Assembly (NCBI GenBank): GCA_964389655.1
Contig: CAYMED010000002.1
Span: 64,001 to 128,000 of the forward strand
Reading direction: 5' to 3'
Source: an uncultured Candidatus Poseidoniales archaeon
GTDB taxonomy: Archaea > Thermoplasmatota > Poseidoniia > Poseidoniales > CAYMED01
DNA: 64,000 bases
Part shown: positions 19,701 to 29,000 of the stretch, one piece after another
Position numbering within the stretch: the first letter of the stretch is position 1
Layout: every line of letters starts with the position of its first letter
Translations under genes and position numbers: made by a program
Notes under the pieces: generated by a model
What the model was told of the DNA's origin: nothing
What the model saw: only the letters and a program-made list of their open reading frames with translations
Database searches by the model: none

Positions 19701-21000
19701 CGATCTTGAAGTTGAAGAACCACCCTGGGTACAAGGAATTTCTATTGAAGCTAAAGAAAATAGTACATTACGTTCAATGCATGGGCGTGTTTGGCTTCCG
19801 TCTCTTTCTCCAAACACAACAATTGAAATTGTCTATGATAATACCACCGGCATTTCGACATGGTCTGTTGATCTTTCAATGGCCTCATGGATCCCAACAC
19901 ATGATAATTTGGCATTGATTAGCAGAGGAATTGAAGGGATGGACCTAGAACTTGTGGTTGATGGCCTTGATACAAATACATCAGGGGACCTTCGCCTTGA
20001 AATGCTTCTTGAGCAAGATGCCTCCCCTTCAGTACCGGTTTTGTCCGTGGTCCTTGATGCTGAATTGCCATCCGATGCCGAAACGATCCATCTATTGAAT
20101 TTGAATCGAGCAATTGGTCAGCGCTTGGAATCCCTCATTGTAGGCGCACCACAAAAAGCGGCACTTACGATGACAATAGGCTCAGCAATCGAACTCGATG
20201 TTGATGTTCCCCCCGAAGCACGTACAGACGGCCGGGCAGCCGAAGCAATGCTGTTACAGACCCATCGCTTTGCTGAAGAACGGTGGTGGCCCGCTACAAT
20301 TATGATGCGGGACATTCCGGGAGAAATAACCCTCTCAACAGTTCCATTGAGGGAATTTGATATTTCTCAAGACTTGAGTTTTCAAGGCATGGCAACCCTC
20401 GATTATCGCAGTTGTTGGACGGGTGTTGGTGATTGTAGGGGTGACGATCTAGACCTCTATATCGAAGCAACTGGCAGGGCCATCGATCAGCGCGGAGACA
20501 TTCTCCTCATTGGAGAAAACCTTGCAAGACTGACGCGCTTATCTTCCACAACAGATTGGGGTATGAGTTTAGTAACTTCAGAGAAAGGAGTTGAACGCAT
20601 TTACATACGGTCAACAGATCTGCCTTTGAGGCCAGGAATGTGGTTGAATAGCGCAGAGATTGTGGGGGAAAATATCCGTTCAGCAACCGTGCACATCGAT
20701 AACATTGGTAACACATATCCAATTATACGTTTAACAGATGTTTCAGCAGGGAGGATTGTAGCTATTTCAAGTGTTGATGTCGATATAGCTGGGCGTACAT
20801 TCAATGGAAAAGCAGTGCTAGTAGATGCTCAAATTGCAGGGATCATGCCAATTGGGACCACATTGGGGCTGAATGGGTTGGCGGCCGATTTATCCGTTAT
20901 TGGAACTGCAAGTGGAGACCGTATACAATCAACTCATTTCATGTTTGTAGAACCCCTTTCGAGTTTAATTGCTACATTAGTAGCCACGGCGGTGGGCTGA
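16705..21000 (+). CDS. Large secreted beta-rich protein of unknown function (1431 aa)
   Basis: Long ORF, signal peptide RRAVLFFLILAC, many N-x-S/T sequons, recurring beta-Pro-beta motifs. Confidence 0.8.
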   Translation: MGEEASRRAVLFFLILACSTLTPAVTLVGGQDLSVAVDDFGIIASLHDVLSSRKTDFNDPILSSSANAAIEDVRSSMHDVSPQDSFNLNNNVLSDVNFTTTNLSQIDHPYPYRLLSEPDARPPYLPASLIETLLPTELNELVVFSDYTSRNGAINCQNYSSEGLLNFDIFPLDQYNPTVNTVDIDCDGIDDVNVGLGLGIANSPGQTWDIDILEAKMWVKPDIRVTIDPINSSRNVWSQMGRLEISVMKGFTYSDQTWVWVIDTRFTQIPEDAAVTVGLERVDFDLNPTSILGMLIPSTTGLNDADLTITGIRAPYAITVENPVSTSCDDRWLADPDTQRHLPSPEIDCGIAAGLGYVHYRIGSGNSHPIAEMAYVDASFHPAKGTNELASVYNLTIRNDDYTLDTTPTDGSWDSIEYYANQKADLYLHYHEDRSGLTRTDGSGEFGNTTEARGWLRGLPGDSFNEQEIDRLFRQIGASPDGPTPLPGSLPKNLGMFIGVKNWTADPTRHDSDPSLPIDPANPPDSLIMIATTESIESINYSSWLLRSGDASDHLRVTISIEDLPKVVIVSGSLEFEDSDEDDVLGFGDSLNIAQSMIDTVVVTVVDVILKVGEVVNSLPAIAIDLSGDASGGELQILTMESLASNRPPDPIGSISLQIGSSPHPTIGDEHLLISRDLGLFDSLMALNRTPILSVAASLKLRGFHSMNNLVESNGDRAFNLSLSGSSKMVAGHIQHMGKTLNGSVRQEVILQPLPSEIGLKMIGNQTIIELEDGIDAVAYASVEGDERVSVQLLGVPSGINLDFSNGTELSLSSPLTTFEVMATNLSTPRTFSGDHVLIERNGSKAGSSARLSGIESIAWVPAEIPDAPGPSGRELASIHLAGNRALKAAIIDDGTSQSSQKAEAFLRINPLPTRLDVRMPRSSEGSSVTTPDFGNGVGLVGISNGLLDLARFGRSINDVLGEFTHSISTTTTESDHFGLDVEIDTDAPFDLAAEFVIGDLEVEEPPWVQGISIEAKENSTLRSMHGRVWLPSLSPNTTIEIVYDNTTGISTWSVDLSMASWIPTHDNLALISRGIEGMDLELVVDGLDTNTSGDLRLEMLLEQDASPSVPVLSVVLDAELPSDAETIHLLNLNRAIGQRLESLIVGAPQKAALTMTIGSAIELDVDVPPEARTDGRAAEAMLLQTHRFAEERWWPATIMMRDIPGEITLSTVPLREFDISQDLSFQGMATLDYRSCWTGVGDCRGDDLDLYIEATGRAIDQRGDILLIGENLARLTRLSSTTDWGMSLVTSEKGVERIYIRSTDLPLRPGMWLNSAEIVGENIRSATVHIDNIGNTYPIIRLTDVSAGRIVAISSVDVDIAGRTFNGKAVLVDAQIAGIMPIGTTLGLNGLAADLSVIGTASGDRIQSTHFMFVEPLSSLIATLVATAVG

Positions 21001-21001
21001 T

Positions 21002-21601
21002 ATGGTCGCCGATATAGACGAAGACGTCGAAGATGTGTTGTCGCAAGACGATGTGATGGTGGAAGTCGGACGAAGGGGCGTTCACAAACGTGACCTCACT
21101 GCTGCCAGCCGAGCAGCAGAGCAGGTTGCAGCAATTGTAACTCCTGCACGATTATTTGTGGCAAGCATAACTCTCTTGCTCTTAGTAGCAATATTTGGAG
21201 CATTCATTTACTACATTGTGCCCCAGGACCGGACAGAAGTCCGCGTTGTTTTCATGCAGTCTTCGGCAGGCCATGTGGTTTTAACAGAAATTCTCAACAA
21301 AGGGAGCCGGGAGATTTCCGATGTCAGCTTATTTGTGGAGGTAACTAAGCTCGATGGTAGTGCCTTAAACTCGACTCAATTTGACCGTAGTTCTCTTCAA
21401 TCTCACACATCACTCACACACGATGACCTTGAACTAATTGTGGAGGGCGCTAGTGGGTGGGAAGAATACCTAGTCCACATCGAATTGTCCTATACTGATG
21501 CAACGGGAGACCCACAAGAAGCCGCCCAAATCAAGCGTGTTGGTGAGTGGATTACGGAAGAGTGGCGTGTAGGTCAAGGATACAGGCTTATTCTATGGTG
21601 A
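21002..21601 (+). CDS. Single-TM protein with a small Ig-like beta domain
   Basis: TM LFVASITLLLLVAIFGAFIYYIV; EILNKGSREISDVSL Ig-like strand pattern; starts 1 nt after the upstream stop. Confidence 0.75.
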   Translation: MVADIDEDVEDVLSQDDVMVEVGRRGVHKRDLTAASRAAEQVAAIVTPARLFVASITLLLLVAIFGAFIYYIVPQDRTEVRVVFMQSSAGHVVLTEILNKGSREISDVSLFVEVTKLDGSALNSTQFDRSSLQSHTSLTHDDLELIVEGASGWEEYLVHIELSYTDATGDPQEAAQIKRVGEWITEEWRVGQGYRLILW

Positions 21602-24600
21602 TAAATAACCACCAAACCCCAACCGACAAAAGGTGTGCGGACGCACGCAAGCACATCGAAGGGGGTATCATAGTTCGGAGCGCACTGCTAATTCTTGCGC
21701 TGATGCTAATTGCACCGGCTTCTGTCTACGACTCTTCATCAAAGTCATCACAAACCCCAATGATGGAATCCAGCCCACATTCAGAATCCATCAAAATCAC
21801 TCCAAACGGCTCAATGCTTCAGAATTTATTGGGCCTTGGGATTGAAAATGGGTTTGCAGATGTGCGCACTTCTGAAGCATGGACTCATATTGGCAAATTC
21901 ACAGTCGAAGGCCTTGAAAGAATTCATACACCCCCTGTCCCATTACAAAAAGCAAGATCTGATTTAGTTCTCTTAATTGTTGATGGAAATATTCCCCTCC
22001 CTCAAGTTCGCGCAGAAATTCAGAAGACAACCTCTGCCACGATTCATGACTTCATAGCCCCCAGCGGTTTTACTGTTCAAGGTTCGAGTCACGATTTAGT
22101 AAAATTAAGAGGTATATACGGGGTTGCGGCCGTTCATTCCGTCCCACTAGATTTTCTCCTAGATCCAAGTATCTGGGAATCAGTAAATCAAGGGGAGTCA
22201 TTCGATGCAAGAGTTGATGGATGGCGCGATGCCGAGGGGCACCGTCAGCCATTGGTGCGCATTGGTGAAATAAATCATCGCTTATCTAATGCAGTTCCAT
22301 CATCAGCAAGCGCTCCCGCGGGTGCTTCAGAAGGACGTTTTGATGTTCTTCTCAATCCCCGTGAATTAACCACGGCTTTGATGAACCCAGCAGTGGCATG
22401 GGTGGGTCCCACCCCGCATTTCGGCCTTCATAATTCCAAGGCAGTTCTTCATATGGATGTGGGCTCAATGCGAAGTAAATATGCTACAACCCTAGATGGT
22501 GCGGGTGAACTAATTGCAATAGCAGATTCAGGTCTTGATTCAGATCACGGGGATTTTGGAACCCGTGTACATGCTGTAAAGGACGTCATAAATGATGGTG
22601 ATACTTCTGATTCGCAAGGTGGTCATGGAACTCATGTTGCATGTTCTGCACTAGGTGATGGGTCCCGTGGGGGCTATGCCGGAACTGCGCCAGGAGCGGA
22701 TGTTTATTTCCAAGCGATGATGCGAAACTGGGATGGTGCTTTCATGTCTCCTTCCCTTGACTCACTTCTTCGTACAGCCTACAATGATGGTGCACGGATT
22801 CACACAAATAGTTGGGGAAGTCAAACAATTCGTGGCAGCTATACCACTGAGGCTCAAGATCTAGATTCACGTTCATACACATATGATCGTGTCACAAGTG
22901 GTTATTCCGGATTTACGATATTATTTGCTAATGGAAATGATGGAGATGAGGGTTCCGGGTCTGTAGGTGCCCCCGCGACTGCGAAAAACTCAATTTCAAT
23001 TGGAAATCATCACAACCGGGGTGGCTCATCTCCGAACAAAGTGTCAGATTCGTCAAGTAGGGGGCCAACAGACGATGGGCGCATCAAACCAGACGTTGTT
23101 GCTCCCGGGACTTGGGTAAGGTCTTGCAAGGCTCAAGAGATGACAGATTCTTCTTCAGCCTCTTGGGAAGATTCTTCAGGATGGTATATTGAATTCAGTG
23201 GGACTAGCATGGCCGCCCCGCACGCAGCGGGCTTATCTGCGATTTTACGCCAATATTTGATGGATGAAGGAGGGCGCCCTTCCCCTCAAGGATCCCTCAT
23301 CAAAGCCATGATGATTTTGGGCGCAGTGGATATTGGGACGCGAGACATTCCAAATAATGTAGAGGGGTGGGGCCGCGTCAACCTCAAAGAAACCTTAGAT
23401 CCTGGCGACGGACGCACTGTTTGGGTTGACGACCGAACGAGCCTTTCGAGTGGGCAATGGCAGGATTATCCCATACAAGTGGACATCCAAAACCGGGCGT
23501 TCAAAGCAGTACTTACATGGTCTGATTACCGCGGCTCAACGAGTGCTTCAAAAGCCCTAGTAAACAATCTTGATTTAGAAGTAATAGATCCATCGGGTGT
23601 GGTATATCGCGGAAATGATTTCCAAAACGGCAAATCCCTTGCAAATGGAAATGGTGACAACACGAACAATGTTGAAGTTGTTTTAGTTGATTATGCAAAA
23701 CAAGGAACATGGACCGTTCGCGTGCGAGATTCAGCCCACGGTGGCCCAAAAGCCCAAATGTTCTCTATTGCAATTGCAGCTCAGGGCGCCGATCGCGTGT
23801 TACCTGATGTTGTCCTCGTTCCAAATTCACTTACTGCCCTCGATGAACTCCCAGAGCGAGGAAAACAAACACAGATTGCTGCTGAAGTTCGGAATACTGG
23901 AAACGGCGAACTAACCGATGTGCGCGTTAGTTTGCTTGCGGGTTCACAAACTTTTGTTGACAAAGTTTTCGATATGGGCCCAGGAACCCGTGAAAGAATG
24001 ATTTGGGATTGGACTCCATCAACAGCAGGCCCCATTCTTCTTCGCTTAAACATAGACCCGTCAAATCAACTTGAAGAGGGGAATGAATCCAATAATATCT
24101 TAGAAAATAGCATCACAGTGGCAGATGCTGGTGTGCGGGTCGAATCTGATAAAAAAACGATTCAACTAACTAATTCTTCCACAGTAACTTCTTCTTGGGA
24201 CACCCGCATTCGAAATTCTGCAATGCGAGCAACCAACGGATCTGTGTTGGTGGATGAACAAGTATTCCGGTCAGAGGATGGCGCGTTTATGCCTTGGAGT
24301 GTTTCCTTAAGCAAAGCAAACTTCACCCTCAGTTCATTGGAAGAGGACACATTTACCGTCTATCTATCTCATGCGGCAGCGCCCAGCCCCGGGACGTATG
24401 TTGTTAGAGTCAAAGCTTTGGATTTAGACGCGGGTTTATCCCAAACAACGAGCCTATACATGATGGTGGGAATTATACCAGCCGTTCGAATAGACCTCCC
24501 ACCAGGTGAATTGCCAGTTCACCCCGTTAATTCAACAACATTCGAGTTTAAATTAACCAATTTGGGCAATGCCGAACAGGGATATGACATGATACTTGAA

Positions 24601-26040
24601 CCACCACTGGGGTGGTCGGTTGGATTTGATGAAATTGGTTCTCATCCCAACGTCCCTCAAGCAACATCTGGTGCATTGAACCCTGGAGGGAGCATCCAAG
24701 CAGATGTATCCATACAACCCCCCCATGTCATGCCGTCTTCAGGGTCAAAAGCAAGACTTGACGTCCGCATTATTTCCCAAATGGTAGAAGGAAACGAGTG
24801 GACGTTTTCCCTCGATTTAGTGACTGAACGGCATGATAATATTACTTTGGACTTAAAGAATGGAAATCTTCCTCGCGTGGCGGAAGTAGGTAAACAAGTT
24901 CGTTTGGTATGGACAATTGAAAATATTGGAAATTCGGAGATAGACTCTATTATAGAAACAGAAGCTCCCCTTGGCTGGGAAATAACAGGACCTTCTACTT
25001 TAATCATTGACCGGAATGGCAATCCTACAATTATCTTCGATGTCCTTGCGGTAGATCGCCCTCTTGATGGCGATTTCTCTTTACGAGTTGTATCCCGAGA
25101 TGGTTCAGAACTTGCCTCAGGAACAGTCCCTCTGCTTGTTTCAGGTACAGCATCAATTGAATTCAAGCGCTTAATTCATGCGGATGACACATATGATGAA
25201 AATGCGGCCGACCTTCGACCAATAGGGCGTGGTGAATTTGCAATAATAAGAGCTGAAGTATATTATGATGGGTCCGCCGCTTGGCACCCTCAAGTTACTA
25301 CAGTAAGCCCACCAGGGTGGTCTGTTGATTGCGATCCCTTGGGGTCTGTAGATTCAGGAACAAGTGCAACACTGGATTGTGGTTTGTTAATTTCAGATCA
25401 AGTGTCTGCTGGTGATTCTGGCGAAATTATAATCGAACTTTCAAGCGGGGGTACAAGTGCAAATTTCACGTTCACAATTGCATCAGCAATACGACATTCA
25501 GTAATTTGGAGGGTGATTGATGCTCCCCAAATGACGTTGGATGAAACAGCAGAATTTGCGATACAACTTGAAAACACCGGTGAGGGTGCTGTAATTGGCC
25601 CAGTGTTACTCCAACCACCATCTGGTTGGATTATTTCACCAAATCGACTGATATTTGATCCAATAAACCCAGGTGATAGTGCGTTACTTGAATTCACCCT
25701 CAAACCCACAACTCGATTATCCACGCCTTCTCTTTTCCTTTCGCTATCTGTTTCAGGAGTAGAAGGGGGGGAGCAAGAACTTTCATTGCGCCTTTCACCC
25801 ACCGCACCAAATCAAGCAGAATCTAGCGTTAGCGCTTCTGAAGATGATGGTGAATGGCCCCTTGGAATCATCATTTTTCTCATCCTCGTTCTCTTGGGCA
25901 TTGCTTCAGCAATAGCATATGTTTTGGTACAACAAAAAAGCAACCACGAACCGCCTCAAACCAGCATTACATTCCCCCATAAAACACCTTGGGATGAGTC
26001 AACAGATGTGTCTAATCCCCTTCCCGAGGAATTAGACTAA
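21595..26040 (+). CDS. Membrane-anchored S8 (subtilisin, KP-43-like) serine protease with CARDB and NEW3/Ig-like domains
   Basis: Triad motifs ADSGLD, GHGTHV, GTSMA; PATAKN, SSRGPTDDGRIKPD, GWGRVNL, VNNLDL jelly-roll; CARDB IDPSNQLEEGNESNN; C-terminal TM. Start uncertain (21547, 21595 or 21703). Confidence 0.93.
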   Translation: MVINNHQTPTDKRCADARKHIEGGIIVRSALLILALMLIAPASVYDSSSKSSQTPMMESSPHSESIKITPNGSMLQNLLGLGIENGFADVRTSEAWTHIGKFTVEGLERIHTPPVPLQKARSDLVLLIVDGNIPLPQVRAEIQKTTSATIHDFIAPSGFTVQGSSHDLVKLRGIYGVAAVHSVPLDFLLDPSIWESVNQGESFDARVDGWRDAEGHRQPLVRIGEINHRLSNAVPSSASAPAGASEGRFDVLLNPRELTTALMNPAVAWVGPTPHFGLHNSKAVLHMDVGSMRSKYATTLDGAGELIAIADSGLDSDHGDFGTRVHAVKDVINDGDTSDSQGGHGTHVACSALGDGSRGGYAGTAPGADVYFQAMMRNWDGAFMSPSLDSLLRTAYNDGARIHTNSWGSQTIRGSYTTEAQDLDSRSYTYDRVTSGYSGFTILFANGNDGDEGSGSVGAPATAKNSISIGNHHNRGGSSPNKVSDSSSRGPTDDGRIKPDVVAPGTWVRSCKAQEMTDSSSASWEDSSGWYIEFSGTSMAAPHAAGLSAILRQYLMDEGGRPSPQGSLIKAMMILGAVDIGTRDIPNNVEGWGRVNLKETLDPGDGRTVWVDDRTSLSSGQWQDYPIQVDIQNRAFKAVLTWSDYRGSTSASKALVNNLDLEVIDPSGVVYRGNDFQNGKSLANGNGDNTNNVEVVLVDYAKQGTWTVRVRDSAHGGPKAQMFSIAIAAQGADRVLPDVVLVPNSLTALDELPERGKQTQIAAEVRNTGNGELTDVRVSLLAGSQTFVDKVFDMGPGTRERMIWDWTPSTAGPILLRLNIDPSNQLEEGNESNNILENSITVADAGVRVESDKKTIQLTNSSTVTSSWDTRIRNSAMRATNGSVLVDEQVFRSEDGAFMPWSVSLSKANFTLSSLEEDTFTVYLSHAAAPSPGTYVVRVKALDLDAGLSQTTSLYMMVGIIPAVRIDLPPGELPVHPVNSTTFEFKLTNLGNAEQGYDMILEPPLGWSVGFDEIGSHPNVPQATSGALNPGGSIQADVSIQPPHVMPSSGSKARLDVRIISQMVEGNEWTFSLDLVTERHDNITLDLKNGNLPRVAEVGKQVRLVWTIENIGNSEIDSIIETEAPLGWEITGPSTLIIDRNGNPTIIFDVLAVDRPLDGDFSLRVVSRDGSELASGTVPLLVSGTASIEFKRLIHADDTYDENAADLRPIGRGEFAIIRAEVYYDGSAAWHPQVTTVSPPGWSVDCDPLGSVDSGTSATLDCGLLISDQVSAGDSGEIIIELSSGGTSANFTFTIASAIRHSVIWRVIDAPQMTLDETAEFAIQLENTGEGAVIGPVLLQPPSGWIISPNRLIFDPINPGDSALLEFTLKPTTRLSTPSLFLSLSVSGVEGGEQELSLRLSPTAPNQAESSVSASEDDGEWPLGIIIFLILVLLGIASAIAYVLVQQKSNHEPPQTSITFPHKTPWDESTDVSNPLPEELD

Positions 26041-26060
26041 ACAATCAATATAAAGTCAAG

Positions 26061-26069
26061 TTTTTTCTT
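26061..26069 (+). terminator. Possible archaeal oligo-T terminator after the S8 gene
   Basis: TTTTTTCTT about 20 nt after the stop, flanked by a TCAAG/CTTGA inverted repeat. Confidence 0.3.
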
Positions 26070-26076
26070 ACTTGAT

Positions 26077-29000
26077 ATGGCTTGTAAGAGTTCCATGAAA
26101 GCAGCAATGTGCTCTGTGATGATATTGGTTCTTAGTCAAACATATTTTATTCAAAACCAAATCCCCCAACCCTCTGTCCTTGATGAATTCACCAGAAACA
26201 GTGGTTCGGGAAATGTTTTCACCGGTAATGGAACCCAATGGCGGACTGCAGGTTCCAGTTCGTTCGATATGGGGGCCGCACCTACGTTTTACCCTCTCTC
26301 CAATGAGTCATTCTTGTTCGAGCATAGGGAGGAGTCAGGTAAATGCGTCAAACGTTATCATCACTCAAATATTTCAACGTCGAATGTTTCCGTGGACAGC
26401 GATTTCTACTGTGGTGCAATCGGATCTGGATTACACTTTGGCCCTATTATTGATTCTATAGTTTACTTGAGTGCAAACTCAATTGAACATGGGACGGAAT
26501 TGTTCGCTTATGATTTGAGCAATGACTCCCTCTATATGGTTGATAATATCAACACCGAAGACAATGGTTTTGGAACAGAATATGGGTCCCTCCCATACCA
26601 TTTCGCTGCCATCGACTCAACGCTGTATTTCAAAGCCGAAGGATCCAGCTCTACTGGTATGGAATTATGGGCATTTGAGACAACCAACAGTACCTCTTGG
26701 ATGGTCGCAGATATCAAACCTGGAGCCGGCGATTCAACTCCCAAGAATCTCCTCCCAATAGGTACCAGTATCTTATTCACTGCTGACGATGGAACTAATG
26801 GTCATGAATTGTGGGTACATGAAACCACCAACGACTCAACTTGGAGAGTCACAGATATGAATCCAAATGGCGCCTCATTATCTTCATATGGTGGTTTGCG
26901 ACCATATGATTCCGCTGTGCTAGGAAGCCGTCTGATGTTCTGGGCTGACGATGATGGGGCGACCGGAAGGGAATTATGGGCATATGAAACCACCAACAGC
27001 ACTCATTGGCAGGTTGCTGACATCAATTCAGGATCTGGAGATTCGAAGTCCGGTCAAGCACTCATCACCCGAGATGGCTCTCGCATGTATTTCGCTGCTG
27101 ATGATGGTATCAATGGAGAGGAATTGTGGGCCTATGAAGCGACGAACGACTCAACATGGCTTCTTGCTGACATATGTAGCCCCTCTTGCTCTTCAGAACC
27201 AAACCAGATAGCAGTGGTGGGAGGTCAATTGATATTCGCTGCAGAAGCAGCAACTGAAGGGAGAGAGTTATACATTTACAATTTTTCAAACAATACCGCA
27301 TGGATGCGTGCTAATCTTTACCAATTCACTTCCACCATCGCCGATTCTAATCCTGACATCATTGCAGTTACGGGTACGCAGTTGTTGATAGTTGCAAAAG
27401 AACGAAAATTCGTATCCACCGGTTCCTATGCTGGCACCTCTCTCTTCGTCTATGAGACTGCGAATGATACCATCTGGTGGAATGATAATTTAGGTTTGGT
27501 CAGCGCTGGCCAATCTTCTGCTAAAACATATGGCGGAACCCTCAATATGGGTTCAGAGGTAATATTCTCTCTTGGTTGTACTTCTTCAGCCGCAGTCAAC
27601 TGTCCCGAGGGAATGTCAGGTCGTCAACTCTGGGTTTACACACCTTCGAACGTCACAATCCCAGATGATTTCACCCCCAGTGGTGGGGATGCGAATAATT
27701 GGGAGCCACCTACTGGTGGTTTTGAGGGCGTTTGGGTTGGTGGGGGTTCCGGGGGCTCCGGGGGCTCTGGTGGCGGTTCTGGCGGCGGTTCAGGTGATGG
27801 AGCGACAATTATCCCGGCTTCAAATTCGTTAGTGCTGACGAATGGCACAGCGATGAATCCACTCACTTACAGGTGGGCTAACGATGGCCCAGTGGCCGAT
27901 GCCATCTGTGAAATCTCACCTGCTCTTCCTGCTGGACTCACCCTTGCCCAAGGAACTTGTACCATCGGCGGAACCCCTACTGTGGTTCAGGAGGCTACAA
28001 CCTATACTCTCTGGGTCAATGGCTCAGGCCTCTCGGATTCGGCGGAAATAAACATCACCATTGAAGAGAGGATCTTCCATCCACCAGTGATCACGCCTTC
28101 GACTACAGAAGCAGTATTGATGCGCACTGTTGAGATGATACCTATCACATTCAGCAACAGCGGTGGTGCAGTAGTTGACTGGGAGGTGGACCCTGCACTT
28201 CCGAATGGCTTGTCCATGGCCTTTGATGGAACGATAAGTGGAACGCCCACCACTGTGCAGGATGCTGCTGCTTACACCATCAGGGCCAACAACAGCGACG
28301 GGGCTAATTCAACGATAGTGACCATAACAGTAGGAGAGTATGTTCCAGACCCTCCACAGATCGATTATGATGAATCATCGCTGAGTCTGACTCAATACAT
28401 CCAGATGACAACGCAGACCCCTTCGAACTCAGGAGGAGAGGTTGTAGACTGGACGATATCTCCTGAATTATCTCCTGGATTGATATTCGACAACACCACT
28501 GGTTCAATCAGCGGAATTCCCACCACCAATGAAAGTGCAATCATTTACACCATCTGGGCCAACAACACCGGAGGCTCGAGTTCTGATACACTGCAGATAA
28601 CGATTGAAGAACCTCCAGAAGGACTCATTGCATCGAATTCCGATGTCTTGCTTGTCAGAGGAGTTGAGATGACACAGATTCTCTTCACATATTCAGGAGG
28701 CGATGTGACAACATGGGAGATTTCACCCGAACTTCCATCAGGTCTGTTCTTTGATGCCGCCAACAATTCGATCATAGGTACTGCAACGGGAAGCACGAAT
28801 GCGGTGGTATTCACCATCTGGGCGAATGGAACTGGATTTTCTGAAAACCTCAACATCACGATTGAGATTCTAGAAGACACAGATGGTGATGGTTTGCCAG
28901 ATGACTTGGGCAATCATGTCGATTCAGAATTTGAAGAGGATCTTGATGATGATAACGACGGCATTGCTGATGTGGCAGAAGGCGCTTCCGTCCCCGAAAC

